From an uncultured Clostridia bacterium (GTDB lineage: Bacteria > Bacillota > Clostridia > Christensenellales > UBA1242), in NCBI GenBank assembly GCA_944383685.1, contig CALWQM010000006.1, positions 25,767-89,766 of the forward strand: DNA of 64,000 nt, given 5' to 3'. The notes beneath the pieces are model-generated. The model saw only the letters and a list, made by a program, of their open reading frames with translations. It had not been told where the DNA came from and did no database searches. Below are positions 29,001-44,000 of the stretch, one piece after another (position 1 is the first letter of the stretch; every line of letters begins with the position of its first letter). The position numbers were made by a program, and so were the translations under genes.

Positions 29001-32000
29001 CTATAACATTGAATTTGGTGGATAATTCAAGTGAATATAAAGGCCGTTTTGATTTTAAGGATGCAATTTTAAATGTTGATGTGAAATTTAACACAGACAC
29101 TGAAATTGAGGGGATGACAGCAAATCAAATCACATATAATTATTCAAATTTTGTGGAAGATAAACTTTTAATCAACTTTTCAATGGAATATTTGGATAAT
29201 TTTGATAGATTGCTTTCATCAAGTGAAGACATTTACTCATTTATAAGTGAAAATATTGAAATTGTTATTACTTTGAAAGATGGCTTCACTTTTGATACAG
29301 GCCTTGACAGTGAAGACCATGAAACTCTTGTTCAAAATTATTTCAAAGATAGCGGAATCTTAAATTTGTCAACAAATACTGATAAGAGTTACAATGCTGT
29401 TTATGGACAAGCAAAACTTGACATGAACACTGAAACGGGAGCTGATGTATCCAATCACACAATGACAATTTCGCTTGCAGAATTTGTTGGAAATGTATCG
29501 CTTAATGTTCCTATTATCCGTGGGAACTATTCTTTCCCAATCAATGTTGGTGAAGGCGTTTACTTTGGCTTGACATTACCAGAAACTGTTTCAAACGTAG
29601 GTTGGTATCAAGTTCTTTCCCCAAACACTGAAAGATTTGTTGATATGCAAGATTACAATCTTGAATTTAACAGGGCAGTTTCCAATTCAAACAATTTCAG
29701 CCTTGGCTTAAATATGTTCGACAATTATTTGATTTCAACCTCAGCCAAGAGCCAGGAAACAACATTTGATTGTTTTGATATGACTGCAAATACAAGTTAT
29801 TACACTGGAACTGATGGGATTGGAAAACAATTAATTATTTATGACACAGAGAATAACGTTTATTATTTATTTGAATTTACAACCTCAGTTGAAGGGGAAA
29901 TTCAATACTTTGATCAAACTCTCTATTTAATTTCTGCAAGTGAAAGCACAAAATATAGTGTTGCTGATTCTTACACAAAACTTGATATGATTGCAAGAAT
30001 CACCTTAGAGTTAAGTGGTAGCGACAATTTTGACAGGGTAGCCGGCGATGATTTCGGTGGAATAGTTTATAATACACGTCCTTTTGCTTCTGTTACATAT
30101 TACACTAATGCTAATTTTGGTTTGGTTTTCTCAACAGAAACAAACGAGGCACAAATCAATAACCATCAAACTGGACCAGACGGCAGAGTTAATTATCTTT
30201 ATAGTCAAAATATAACATCAGGCGGAAACACATCAACACAATATTATAAGATTTCTTATTATTTTGATAATCCAGCCGACGGCACTGTAAATGTTGGAGG
30301 AGAAGAAAGTATAGTTTACAACTTCTCATACCTTGCCTCTTATATAAATGGTACAAGCAATTTAAAAATTTCCCAAACAAGGACAACGGCAACTTTCAAT
30401 ATTCATTTTGTGGACGAAGAGGGAAATCCTCTTTTCACCAGTGAAGAAACAAAAAATCAAGCACCAACAATAAGAGCACAAATAAACAGCACAGGTAATT
30501 ATTCAATTGTTCAAGAGAGTGTTCAAGTGGACACAAATAATGCTAGCAACATAAAGTTCACCATTGAAAACAACAATTATTACGAGTGGGTAAACCGTGG
30601 AACAAGTGACGAAGGTGTTAATTTGGCCGTTGGAAGCCATGACTCATCAGCATATGCTTTATATTTTGATATCAACATAGATAAGACAACAGAAAGTGGT
30701 GTTGAAAGTGTTGTTGATGGCATTGATAATATATTAAAAGGAAGCACAACCTCTAGTGGAATTAAAACTGATAATAGTACAAGAAAAGCTTATTCATTTA
30801 CACTTAATTTCAATCTTATGTATTCAGCAAGCGGGGATATTATACCTCTTGCTTATGAATATGATTTAACCTTTGTTTTAAAGAAAGTTAATTTTAAGGT
30901 CAATGTGGAAACAGTGTTTAGGCAAAGGTCAACCGCAAGTGACGCAGAATATTATAATGACGATGTTGCACAAATTTCAATTTCCAACACTTCAACAGCA
31001 GAATCAGGGCAAAATGCACTTTTCAATTATGGCGACACAATGCAAGTTTCAACAAACATAAAAGTGGGAAGCGATGGAAAACCAGTAACACAAGGTTACG
31101 AATTTGTTGGATACAGAATTATTTTGAACACTGGAGATAGCATAACTAAACAGAACATTGAAATTTCAGGAAATGACAATTCAAGTTTTGAAATGACAAT
31201 TCAGGAATTTTTAAGTAACTATCAAAATGCTTTTGAAAGTTATATTGCAGGTGATGAAGATGTATATTCTTACACAATTCAAGCAATTTATCAAAGTAAG
31301 ATGATAAGTTACGAAGCCACATCTTCAAAATTTTTAATAAACAACTATAATGGAAATATTTATGATGAAAGCAAAAACAATGCGGATGTAAGTTTCAGCT
31401 TTGACTCTGCAAGCATCTTCTCAAAAATGGACACAGTGGATGACAGTGGTTTATCAGTTGAAAATGCAAATCGTGGGCAATTCTATTATTATAACTCATC
31501 CACAACAACTGGTGGCAACACACTTGAAAGCGTCAAAATTGTTTACGACCTTAAAGCTACTTATGCAACAAAATACGCATTCAAAGGTTTTGCAATTGTT
31601 GTGAGTGATAATTATCAAACAAACAGCATTGTGGACCCAAATAGTTATGCTTCACAACTTTTCCTTGATGGGCAAGGTGGAAATGCTTTTGAAATTTTAA
31701 GCAGTGGCACAGGAAGTGAACAAACATATTCACTTTCAATTAAAGGCTCCTTCATTGTTGACTATTTAAGAACTTGTATGGCAGATGAAAACTTTGTTGG
31801 AAACAATGGCTTTGTTAATAAAACCTTCTACATTTTGCCTGTTATGGAACAGAAGTCACTTATTATCAATTTAACTTCTGGTTACACAAACTTTGGTGAT
31901 AGTGAAAGTCAAATTGTTTATAACACAGGGGCAGATGAAGTTGAAAACACAACAACAAACACTGTCACTTTGAAATATTATTATAGAAGTAACATCAGTG

Positions 32001-35000
32001 TTGATTTCAATGCTGACTATTCAAGAAATGAAAATCAAGAATACACACTTGTTGTGAAAGATGCAGACGGCAGCGAGCTTACCAATTATGAAACTTTGGC
32101 TTTAAATGATTATTTTGGATATCGCACAGGTTACAGTGCAAATGGTTGGTTGGTTGCAGACAACAGCGCAAGGATTTCATTATCAACTTATAGAATAGAT
32201 AATTTATATTTCTCGTCAAGATATGCAATGAAAGAAACCTCCGCAAATGCAGGACTAGCTGACTTTGAAATCACAATAAACAAAAACTGGCAGGCAAATA
32301 ATTACACTGTTATTTATTCAAGTGGAGATGGAAGAGTAAATTCTAATATTTTTGGAAATTCCACAGGTAGCATTGACAACAAGGTTGTAAGTTATGACAC
32401 AGCATTTAATATTGCTGAAAATCCTTATCAAATTGTTGGATATGAATTTGCAGGCTGGAACACTGAGGTTAATGGAAGTGGAACAGCTTACACAGCGGAT
32501 CAAGAAGTGAAAAACCTTAGGACTGGGGCAAATGAAAGTGACATAATAAGTGAACCTAACGCAGGACGAACAATTTATCTTTATGCACAATGGACGGCAA
32601 AACAATATCATATTAAATTGGTGGCAAATGGTGGGGAATTTAGTGACGGTGTTACTGAACTTTTTGTTGGACCAATCACATATAACACCGAAATAACTGG
32701 GCTTGATGCCACACCTACACGTGCCGGATTTGAATTTGATGGCTATTATGTTTTTGTTGATGGTGAAAAATTGTCAGCAAATCAAGTTGAAAATGGTGAC
32801 CTTTTAAGAAATAGCATTGCAACTTTCCAAGATAGTGTTTACGAAAATGAGCAAAGTGAACCTTGTTTAGTTCTTTATGCAACATGGCGTTTTGCTGGCA
32901 CAAGTTCGCTTTACTATAACTCTCAAATTTCAAAGACATATATTGGGCTTGGAAAGCAGATTGAAATTAATTTAAGTGAGCTTAGCGCTGAAAACTTTGT
33001 TGATGAAACTGGAAATTTGGTTGTTACAAATGATGAAGACGGATTTAAAATTTCTTCAAACTTTGATTATGTTGATGTTTCTTACGAATTTTCTGGTTTA
33101 GATGGAAACGTTACTGTTGACGAAAGCAATAATATTTTCGTGCCAAGTGCAGTTGGAACATATTATCTCAATTTAAGGGTTATTCTTGCTGATGCTTACA
33201 CTTTTGAAGATTTCAATGGTGTTTATAACCTTGGAGATAACATTTACGAAACTTCATTGTTGATAACTATTAATGTTACTAAGGCAGATGTTGCATACAG
33301 GGAAAATGATAACAGCATAAGGCTTGCAAACATAAGATATTTGGTTTCATTGACAGAAGAAAGCATAATGGTTAACACTTTTAATGGCTTTGACGATTTT
33401 AACGAACTTTTAAGTTATATTCAAAAAACTGATGTAAGTGCAAGTGATATTACCATCGACCAAGCCTATGAATATCTCTTTATGAAATACTTTAATATGG
33501 TTAATGCAACACCTTCAAGTTTTAGAGATTATAGAAATTGGACCTATGATACATATCTTGAATATTACGGCGGAACAAACTACTTTAATGGCGACGACCA
33601 ACTTGAAGAAATTGTGGATGATGGTTCTTTGGGACAAGAAATTATAAACCGCAGAGTGACAAGGAAAAATATTTTGCAAAACACAATGTTTCTTGCAAGT
33701 TACGACTATCAAAACAAAGTAAACTCAATAACTCTTTATGCAGAAAATGGAGTTTATAGATATAACAAAAATCAAATAACCTTATATTCTCTTGAAACAA
33801 GTGAAAGCATTCAAGATGAACTTCAAATTAATGAAATTGTTGTAACTTCAAATAACACAATTTCTCCAAACACCAGTTACCAAGTTAAAGCTTATTTAAC
33901 ATCCATCAATGGTGCAGCAGTAAACTATAATTTATATAGTGATAATCATGGAAACTTTGTATATCTAGATAATGCTTATATTCTTGTTCAAGTTTTAAGA
34001 TTAAAGAATAATGCTGAACTTGCAAAACAATCCACTTTCTTTAATTCAACTCTGCAAAATGTTGATGTAACTTGGGTAAGCGAAGAACAGGCAGAGCAGG
34101 TTTACACCAATGCGGATAATTCAAACTTCTATCCAATTGAAGTTGATTCAAATCTTTATGTGAATGTTGAAATAGAAACATCAAATGCTGGCAGTAAAGA
34201 TGTTGACACAGTCTTCAAATTCTATGATACAAACAATTATTTTAATCTTTCAAATTATCAAATTTATTTAAAGAGTGGCGAGTTTTATCTTAACTATTCA
34301 ACTTATTTCAACTTGATTTTGGATGAAACTTTCACATACACAATTTACAATATTGTTAACACTTCACAAATCAACTTTGCAACATCTCTTTTAACCAAAG
34401 AAGAAGGATATGTTGTAAACAGCGAGATTGACGAAGAGTTAATTTCAGGGCTTTTCAATGTAACAGGGTTTACATATTCTATCAGCGGAAACGAAAAGAC
34501 AGTTGAAGTCAGTGAAGATGGCAAGTATTTCTCAACTGAGGAAGAGGGGAGTATTCTTCTTTTGGATATAACCGGCAACAACACTGCAAGTCCTGTTGTG
34601 TTTAGCGGTGGTGCAGTTAAATCAATCAACTTCCAAATTGCGAGCAAAAACCTTGACACCTACACAAGACTTTACCATGTTGGAACAGACATAATTTTTG
34701 AACTTAATGATGAACATAATGACAACGTCCTTAACACCATTGATTTAAGTGGTTTTGAATTTGTTGATGGCGAAATAAACGAAATTACCTATTATGCTAA
34801 TTATTCCGACCTTGTTAGAGTTGACTATGACATGAATTTACCTATTGAGGTTGACCCATATTCAAGTTATTTGCAACTTGGAGTGGACAAAGAAGATGCA
34901 ATCATTGAGGTAACTCAAACAAACCTTGCTCTTTCAAAGCTTATGTATGTTAAACCAAATAACGAAGAAATTGAGTATCAAAATATCTTCACAGGTCCAG

Positions 35001-38000
35001 ATGGTGTTTATGTTGGCTACTTGGAAGGTAACATGTATGCACCTGTTCAACTTAAAGCATATTGGACCATTGCTGACCTTGAAGTATCAAATTATGGTGT
35101 GGTGGTAAATAACTCCGTTGGACTTGTGGATGAAGTGTATGCAGACGAAGTTGGCTCTTTGATTTCAGAAGAAAATGAACTTTTTAATTATAAATATGAA
35201 ATGCTCAAAGATGGAGTTGTTGTTTCTTCAAGTTCAAGTTTTGAAACTTTAAAAGTTACTTTTGAAAATGGCGGAACTTTAAAAGATAATGGAAATTATA
35301 TTGTTAGAATTACCACAACTATTAAAGATGAGTATGCATACATCTTAGATTCTGCAAGTGAAAAATCAGTTGTTAATGAAAATATCACATTTAGTGTTCA
35401 ATTAATGCCAATTAGGATAACAGCAGTTGGATTTGTTGGACAAAATGAAATCACCTATGATGGCCTTGACCATAAACTTGAATTTCAAATAAGTGTTTCT
35501 TATCAAATGTTCGATGCAAATATTTTAGATTACAGTGATGAAGTTCTTACACAAAACTATCAATATGGACAACTTGAAATGCTTAAAATTGGTATTTTCA
35601 AGGATGATGAAGAACAGACACTTCTTATGAATGCTGGAAGTTATGTTATTCAAATTTCACCAGATGTTAATTTCTATGTGTTGGCAGACAATTTAACCCA
35701 AGACAACTTGAAATTTAACTATTTAATTAATAAATACGAAATAAAACTTGATGAAAAGAATATTCAACTTGGTAAACAATTTAATACAGAAGATGGCGAA
35801 CTTGTTTTCACATTTGTTGAAGCAAATGAAACAATAACTCTTAATTTAACAAGAGATGCAGGTGAAGCCGTTGGAAGTTACGGGCTTTATCTTGAAACCT
35901 TTACTTCAAAAAATAATGAAAATTTCATTGTGAAGTACGAAGAAGTGACTTTATATGAAAATGGAAGCTATTCAAATCTTGACACAAGAATTGGAACTTT
36001 CACAATTTCAAGTGCTGGAAATTTAAGAATTTACTGGGATGTCACAGAAATATATCCAAAGAACTTTGAGGTGGCTTACGATAAAAATGGTTACAGCGCT
36101 TATATTTCAAATGGACAACTGATAATTAAAAATGGTGAAAACAATGTTGCAAGTTTAACTCTTGCTCTTTACGACATAAATGCCAATGAAAGAATAACAT
36201 CACAAGACCTTTTGGATGTTGTTATACCTTTGTTAAATGATGTTAAAGTATATTTATTTAATACATCCAATTTGGAAATTGCTTATAATGCTGCTGTTTA
36301 CTCTTTTGAAACTGAAATCCCTGAAAATTCAGAGATAAAAAATTATTTCCAAAACGTTGTATTTTCAAGTGATTATACTTTGCAAATTATAAGTCAAACA
36401 ATTGATGTTGAAGAATTTGATTTCTCTAAAACTTTTGATGGCACAAGCGAAGCAGTTTTTGACATTGACGGCAATTTGGTTGATTTAACAACCTTTTCTG
36501 GTGTTTATATCAGTGTTAACTATGCTGATATCCATGCAAGTGACAATGTTTCTGCAACACTTGCTCTTGCTTCAAACAGCAGTGAACAGGCATCCAATTA
36601 TGCTTTGTCAAATACAAGAGTTGTTACAAGGATTAATAAGAGAAAAGCAAACATCACATTCAGTTTAAGCCAAGACAGTTTCACTTATGGACAGTTGAAT
36701 GTTTCTAACTTAAAAGATTATGTTTCATATACTGTTCAAGGCGAAGGTGGAGAAAATTTAACCGAATTGTTTAACACATATTCACTTTATAATCTTGCTT
36801 TTGACTTAGATAATGTGACAAATAAAATAAGCTCACAAGGATACTACTATGCTGGAACTTACAGCCTTGTTTCAACATCCACTTATCAAGATTTTGATAT
36901 GACTGAAAATTTGGGCGAAGTTGTTATTTCTCCATATAAATACAGCATAACTCTTCCAGAAAGTTACATTGTTATCACAGTTTTAGATGATGTTGAAAGT
37001 GTTTACACAGAAAACAGAATTTTGGAAGAAACAGGTGACAATTTTGAGGTAAGTTATAGACCTGTTGATGCTGTTAAAGGGAATATTGGTAAATATGATT
37101 TGGAACTTGTTAATTCCCTTTACTTTGACGGGAATGTGGAAGTTTCAATTAACACTCCAAACAATGCATTTGAGATTACCGAAGCCACTAACACTTTATA
37201 CCTTGAACTTGAAAATCCAGAAATATTGGAACAAGTTTACAATGCAAAAGTTTACACAATGACAACCAGTGCAGAAGAGTTTACGGTTACAGTGGAAAAC
37301 GAAGATGTTGGCTTTGAAACAGTTTCAAGTAAATTTAAATTCTATTATTATGACGAAGCTGGCGAAAAACAATATTTGGAAAATGGCGAATTTTCTAATA
37401 TTGAAATTTACTATAATGAAAACATCACCACCTTTAAGGATGTTGGAAATTATAAATTGACTTTGAATGCTGAAAGTGATTTGTATGAAAAGGTTGCTTT
37501 TGCAGAAAATTATTACTTTGTGATTTCTGGAAAAGTTATTGATGTTTCAACTTTAACTTTCACAAAAGTTTATGATGGAAACAATTATGTCGTTGTTAAC
37601 AATATCCCTGATGTCATTGCAGGCGACGATGTTTCAGTAAGGGCAATTTATAGTTCAATGAATGCAGGCGATTCAATTGGTGTAAGCCTTTATCTTAATG
37701 GTGAATCTGCCAAAAATTATGTTCTTTCTTCAAATATGAGTGTGGGCTCAATCACTAAACGAGATGCAACGATAAGTTTAACACAAGATAGCTTAATGTA
37801 TGGAACAGTGTTGAAAGACACAAGTTCATTCAGTTTCACAGTTACCGCTGATGGTGAAGCGGTTGCAGTAAATCAATATGTAATCACTGCAACTGTTAAA
37901 GATGGCGTATATAATGGAAACTATTTAACAAAAGGTGACTATGCTTTAACTCTCAATGTTGAAAGTCAAAACTATAACATAACATCATCTGGTGAAATTA

Positions 38001-41000
38001 TATTACATATTGTTCCAAATGAACTTTCTTTCACAATTTCCACAGATGGACTTTACATGACATCATCAGGAACAACGGAGAGTAAATCAAACACATTCAC
38101 AAGAAGTTATCTCACTTCGTATGGTGACACAATTAACATTGAATACACAAGAGAGCCTGGCTCAACTGTTGGGTATTACAGAATTTTAAGCGGAAAAGTT
38201 TTGGATAATGAAAACTACACCGTTAAAAATGTCACAGATGAAAGTGCAAATGGTGGTTTTAGAATTGTTATTTCAAATGATGTGCTTTATCTTCTTGCAA
38301 GTGAAGATGCAGAAATAACGACACAAGAAGAAGGCAACATTTTGAACTTGACTTATGATGGAAACAATTATGATAAAGTTACAATCAACTTAACTAGTGA
38401 TGGTTACGAATTAGTTTTAAGTAACAGCACAGATGAAAGCATTAAACAAACATATAAACTTAACTTGTATTCTTATGATGAAGGGACAGGAACTTACACG
38501 TTAACAGACATTCAAGATAATTCAATAATTGCAAACGCTTATTTAGACGCAACCAACCCTATTGTTAAGGATGTTGGCAATTACATCATATATAGTGGCG
38601 AAGTGACAAGTGATAACTTCACAATAAGATTAGGTAAGGCAAATTCTCTTTATTCATATATGGTTAGGGTTTCACCTTGCACACTTTACTTTAACACTTC
38701 AACAATCAGCAAAATTTTTGATAACAATGAAGCGGTAATTACATTTAGCAGTGCGAAAGAAGTTTTAAACGGCTTTATTGGAAGTGATGATGCAACTCTT
38801 AAAGTAACATTCTATGATAGTGATGATAATGTTGCTGTTTATGCTGGAAGCGGTTACCGCATTGAGGCAGAACTTAGCGGAAACAACAATTATGTTGTTG
38901 AGCTGACAATGCAAGACGGCACAGAAGTGACAGGAACAATCGATAAAGCTCCTTTGATTGTGAATGTTAATAATGCAACTGCAATTTATGGCAACCCTTA
39001 TAATTTAACTTACACATTCACAAGTGAAACACTAGACTTGAATGCATACGATACCTCTAAGATTAATTTCTCATTAAGTGTGCTCAGCCCAATTTACACC
39101 ACTTCAAACAACTTGAAGGTTGGGGAATATAGACTTAATTATGAATTTAATTCTAATGATTTTTACATCTATATGTTTAATTGCAACAATATTCTTCAAG
39201 AGAATTTAAATTCAACATTACAAATTACTCCAAGGGAATTGACAATTCAAGAAACTGATACAGCTTTAAGCGAAATCTTCACAAAGCAATTTGACAATTC
39301 TGCTGATGCTGAAATTTTTGATGAAGGCGGGCAACTTTTGTTTGGGCTTTCAAATGTTATGGCGGGTGATGATGTCACAGTTTTAAGCGGAACTTATGCT
39401 CAAAAAGAAGTTGGAACATTGATTAAAGTGACTTTCACATTGGGCGGAACTGATTTTGAAAACTACACCGTTAAAACCTATGATTTTGGACAAATTAATT
39501 CTGTTATTATCAATTTAACTTTTGACTATGTGGCAGGTGATGATGAGGTTGTTTCCAATGTTGACCTTGCAGGACTTAAAACAATTTCTATGTTAAGTTA
39601 CCCATTCATATCAAATAACTACATAACAGAAAATTCAGCAAGTGAAGACACAAACAAATCTCGTAACTTCCCAACAGTTCTGACTGGAAAAACTGGAAAC
39701 ACATTCAGCCATTGGGTTTTGGAACTTTCCGCAACAGAAAGTTCTCCGGAATATATATTCCTTGATAACTTATTGAACGATATTGGCAATGAATACACAT
39801 ATGAAAATGGTGTGTTCTTAATTACAGTTGGAAACAATGCAATCACAGTAAGTTTGATTAACAACTTGGTGAGTGATGAAAATGATTATTTTGGTGTAAG
39901 TTACTTTGCTCATGAAGATATCAACTTCACTTTCAAAGCCGTTTGGATTGGAGATGTTTATCAAGTTAGTGTTAAAACTCAAAATGCAAATGGAGAGTTG
40001 TCCACAGAGTTTGCACAGGTTATGGTAAACAATAAAGAAATGGCAACTGCAAGTGAAATTCAATCTGTTAATTTTGGTGACCAAGTTGTAATAAATGTTA
40101 CAACCAATCCTTATGTTAAACTTTTAGGTTTCTTCAATGAACTTAATGATGAGATGTATGTTGATGGAGAAGGTTGTACCATTGAGCAGGCTGGCAATTT
40201 AACAACAATAACTTTTGATAACATGCAAAGCAGTATCTTTGTTGTTATTAAATTTAGTTATGCAGATGTTGCAATTACATTAGACCTATCAACATTTACT
40301 GATGAAATAACATTTAATGACCCTAATTTTGTTCCAATAGGAAGCAAGATTTACACATGGAAAACTGATTACAGTGCAATCAAAAATCTTTATGTAAGTG
40401 ATTTGCCAACATTGAGTAGAACAGGCTTTACAGTTTCAAACTACACATTCAATGGGCTTCAAATTGTTAATGCAAGCGACTTTGCTTCTAGACAACTTCA
40501 AGAATTTTTAGTTGGAGCAGAAAATGGTAATTATGAAATAACCTACATTCCTGCTTTTGTTGGGAAACAAGTTGATGTAACACTTGATTATGGTTACGAT
40601 GGCATCACTGAAATCATCCAAGTTCCATATCAAGGCAAGTTTGCTGATTCAACTGGCTGGAAAGAAACTATTGAAAGAGTGGGTTATGACTTTAATGGTT
40701 GGTTCAATGGTGAACAACAAGTGACAGGGGAAGACCAACTTATGGACGAAACGGGACTCACGCTTTTTGCTCACTGGACAGCACAAAAGAACACTGTTGA
40801 CTTAACCATTGAAAACATGACAATCACTTATGCTTCAACTACTTACCTTGAACAAGATGGACATTACATATTTAGTGATTTAGATTATGGCACAACATTA
40901 ACCATCTCTTTAACTCCTGATGAAGGATATGAAGTTGACAGCATTAAATACACTCATATTGACAGCGAAGAAAAAGATGTTATCTTCAATACATCAGCAG

Positions 41001-44000
41001 AAGGAGTTGCAACATTAACCTTTGATATATTAGAGCCACCAACAATTTACATGACTGCTTCAAGCAAAGCAAAGACAAACACAGTTGAAGTTCTTGGTGA
41101 CCATATTGACTCATTTACTGCATATAAGAACGGAAATGAAGAAATCCAAGTTTCTGGAAATAGTTTTGAAGTTGAAACAAATGTGGATATAAGACTTGTT
41201 GTTAACATTATGGAAGGTTTCGACTTTACAGACTTTGTAATAAGTGACAGAGATGTTGTTTCAAATTACAGTTTAAGCGGAAATGAATTGACAATTAATT
41301 TATCTAATATAAATAAATCATTCTCAGTAACAATCAATGCTGTTGAAAGAACAAATAAGGTTCATTTGAGTTTTGATGATACAAGTTTGGTTGATGCTTT
41401 GGTTGTTGATAATCAAAATGTCAACTCATATGACTTTGATGTTTTGACTGGACAAATTCTTACAATCTACGCAAAACTTGTTGTGGGTTACAGTGTTGAC
41501 ACAGTGACATCAACTTCATACTCAACTTCACTTAACGAAATAACTGACACTTCTAGCCCATACTTTGGATATTATGAAATTGTTGTGGATGGAATAAACA
41601 GAGATGGAACTGTTGAAATAACAACAAAACGCACAGTTTACACTTTGAAGGTTGAAACCATTGTTTATGGCGACAACCAAGAGATTGTTCAAGACAGTAA
41701 TAACAAAGCCTTTGTCAATGGGCAAAGCGAAGTGAGCCTTGAATATCTTACCAATGTTTCACTCACAGCCGAAGCAGAAACTCTTTACAGTTTTGCTGGT
41801 TGGAGTAAGGATGGTGAAGAAGTGTTCAGCACTGAAAATCCACTTTCCTATGAAATAACTCAAAATGAAACAATTTACGCAATCTTCTCTAAACTTGAAT
41901 TTACAATTAATTTAAATTCATATAACCACTACTTCTTATACACTGAATATAATGACGCTGATAGAACACAAGAAGTTTATGACCAAATTTACACAGCACC
42001 ATTCTATGAAGAAGATATGGAAACTCAAATTTCAGCAGTTAAATTGTTCTATGGTGCTTCAAAAACAATTTATCTTGAAGTTCCAACAGGTTACATCTAT
42101 GAAGGCTTTGGATATATTAGAGCAGACGGCACTTATGAATATATTTTAAGGGAAAATTCAGCTGACAAAATGATTGAAATTTATCTTTCAACCTTTGATT
42201 TTGAAGTTGAAAATTCAACAGTTAACTTGTTTGTTGCACTTTCTGCCCTTGAAGCAAACATCAAGGTTTCCTCTTGGATAGATTTTGACGGCACTTATGA
42301 AGAAGACGATAAGGTTGGCGACATTTCTCTTGTGAGTGTTCTTGGCGAAAGTGTTAATAGATATGGTTATGTTGATGGAACAAGAAACCATTATGACAGC
42401 AATTCCTTTATTCAAGGAAGCGGACTTGTGGATAGCAGAAATATGACAATCATAAGTTACACAAGTGACACAATTTATCTTAAAATTAAATCAACAAGAC
42501 CAGGATATTTCTTCTCAACATTAACTGTTGACAATTCAAGTGTTATGGTTTCAGTTAAGGATGTTGTTAACGAAGAAGATGGTACATATTGTATCTATCA
42601 AATATCCAACTTTGTTGGCGGTGGAAATGATTTGAATGTTTCAGTTTACTTTAAACCACAAAAGAACATCACAACAATCAATTTCATCAATGAAAATGGT
42701 TCGGTTGTGGATGGCGGTAACTTACATATTCAAGTTGAAAGCGAATACTCAGGAAAGATTTGGGCAGATGGAACAAACTTCTCATCAATGAAAGTCACAG
42801 GTTTCACAGACACTAAATTCTCAGTTGTGGCATACATAAGACTTGGCTTTATGATTGATGAAGAAAACATTGCAATCACATTCAATGATGCACTTGTTAA
42901 AGTTGATAATATTAGATTTGAAAAACTTATGTTTGAAAAGACAAACTATAACTATGCAATCTATTTTGATGTGTATGATTATGCTGACGACACCACAATT
43001 TCAATCAATGTGATTCCACAAACATATTCGGTTATCCTTAGAGATGAAACTCTTGAAAATCCTGAACTTGTGAGAATTGATAATGTTAAATTCCATGAAG
43101 CGATTGATTTATCAATTGCAAACCAAGGAAACATCACAATTTATGACGAGTTTATGGGCTTTAATGAAACAGGCTTAAATGTTGTTCAATCAAGAGATAA
43201 CTATGCATTTGGTGGTTACTTCACTTATGCAGGTGGTAAAGGTATCCAATATATCAATTCAAGTGGTTTAACTTTGATTGATTTCATGGAAACAGGCTAT
43301 GAATTTGATGAACAAGAACAAATTTATAAACTTACCGACAATGCCTATATTGAAACAGATGGCACAATTGTGATAAATCTTTACTTATATTGGTCATATC
43401 TTAAAACCCAAATCAACTTTGAGATTGTTCCAAATATCAGCATTGGTTCAACGGCACTTGATATTGTGCAAGGAGTTGATTTAACAAACTCTTGGTATAA
43501 CGATGTTTCTCCACTTTATATTGAAGTTGCATTTAACACGAATATCAACTTTGTTGCACCTGAAATTGCTGGTTATAAATTCTATAAATTTGTTATCAAA
43601 CAAAAAGATTTCAACAATAACTGGCTTACAGATGTTGTAAGTTATTCAACTTCTGTTCCTTGGTCAACAAACGAATATGACAGAATTGTTGAAGTTCATG
43701 TTCAACTTGTTTACTTTGCAAAGGTTGACGTTCAACTTTATGGCGGAGAATTGGAATTTGAAATAACGCAAACCGCAGATGACAACACAGCTCGTAACCT
43801 TATAAGAGAAGGATATGTTGACACGACAAAAGATTTCACTCTCACTGCATTAGAGTCCGCAGGTTATGACTTTGTTTACTGGCAAAATATTGCAACAGGT
43901 CAAAGATACACAAGTTCATCTTTCACAACAAGAATAAATGAAAGAACAATCTTCCTTTTGTATGCACAAGGGAAAGAAGTGAACTTGCTGTTTGATGAGT

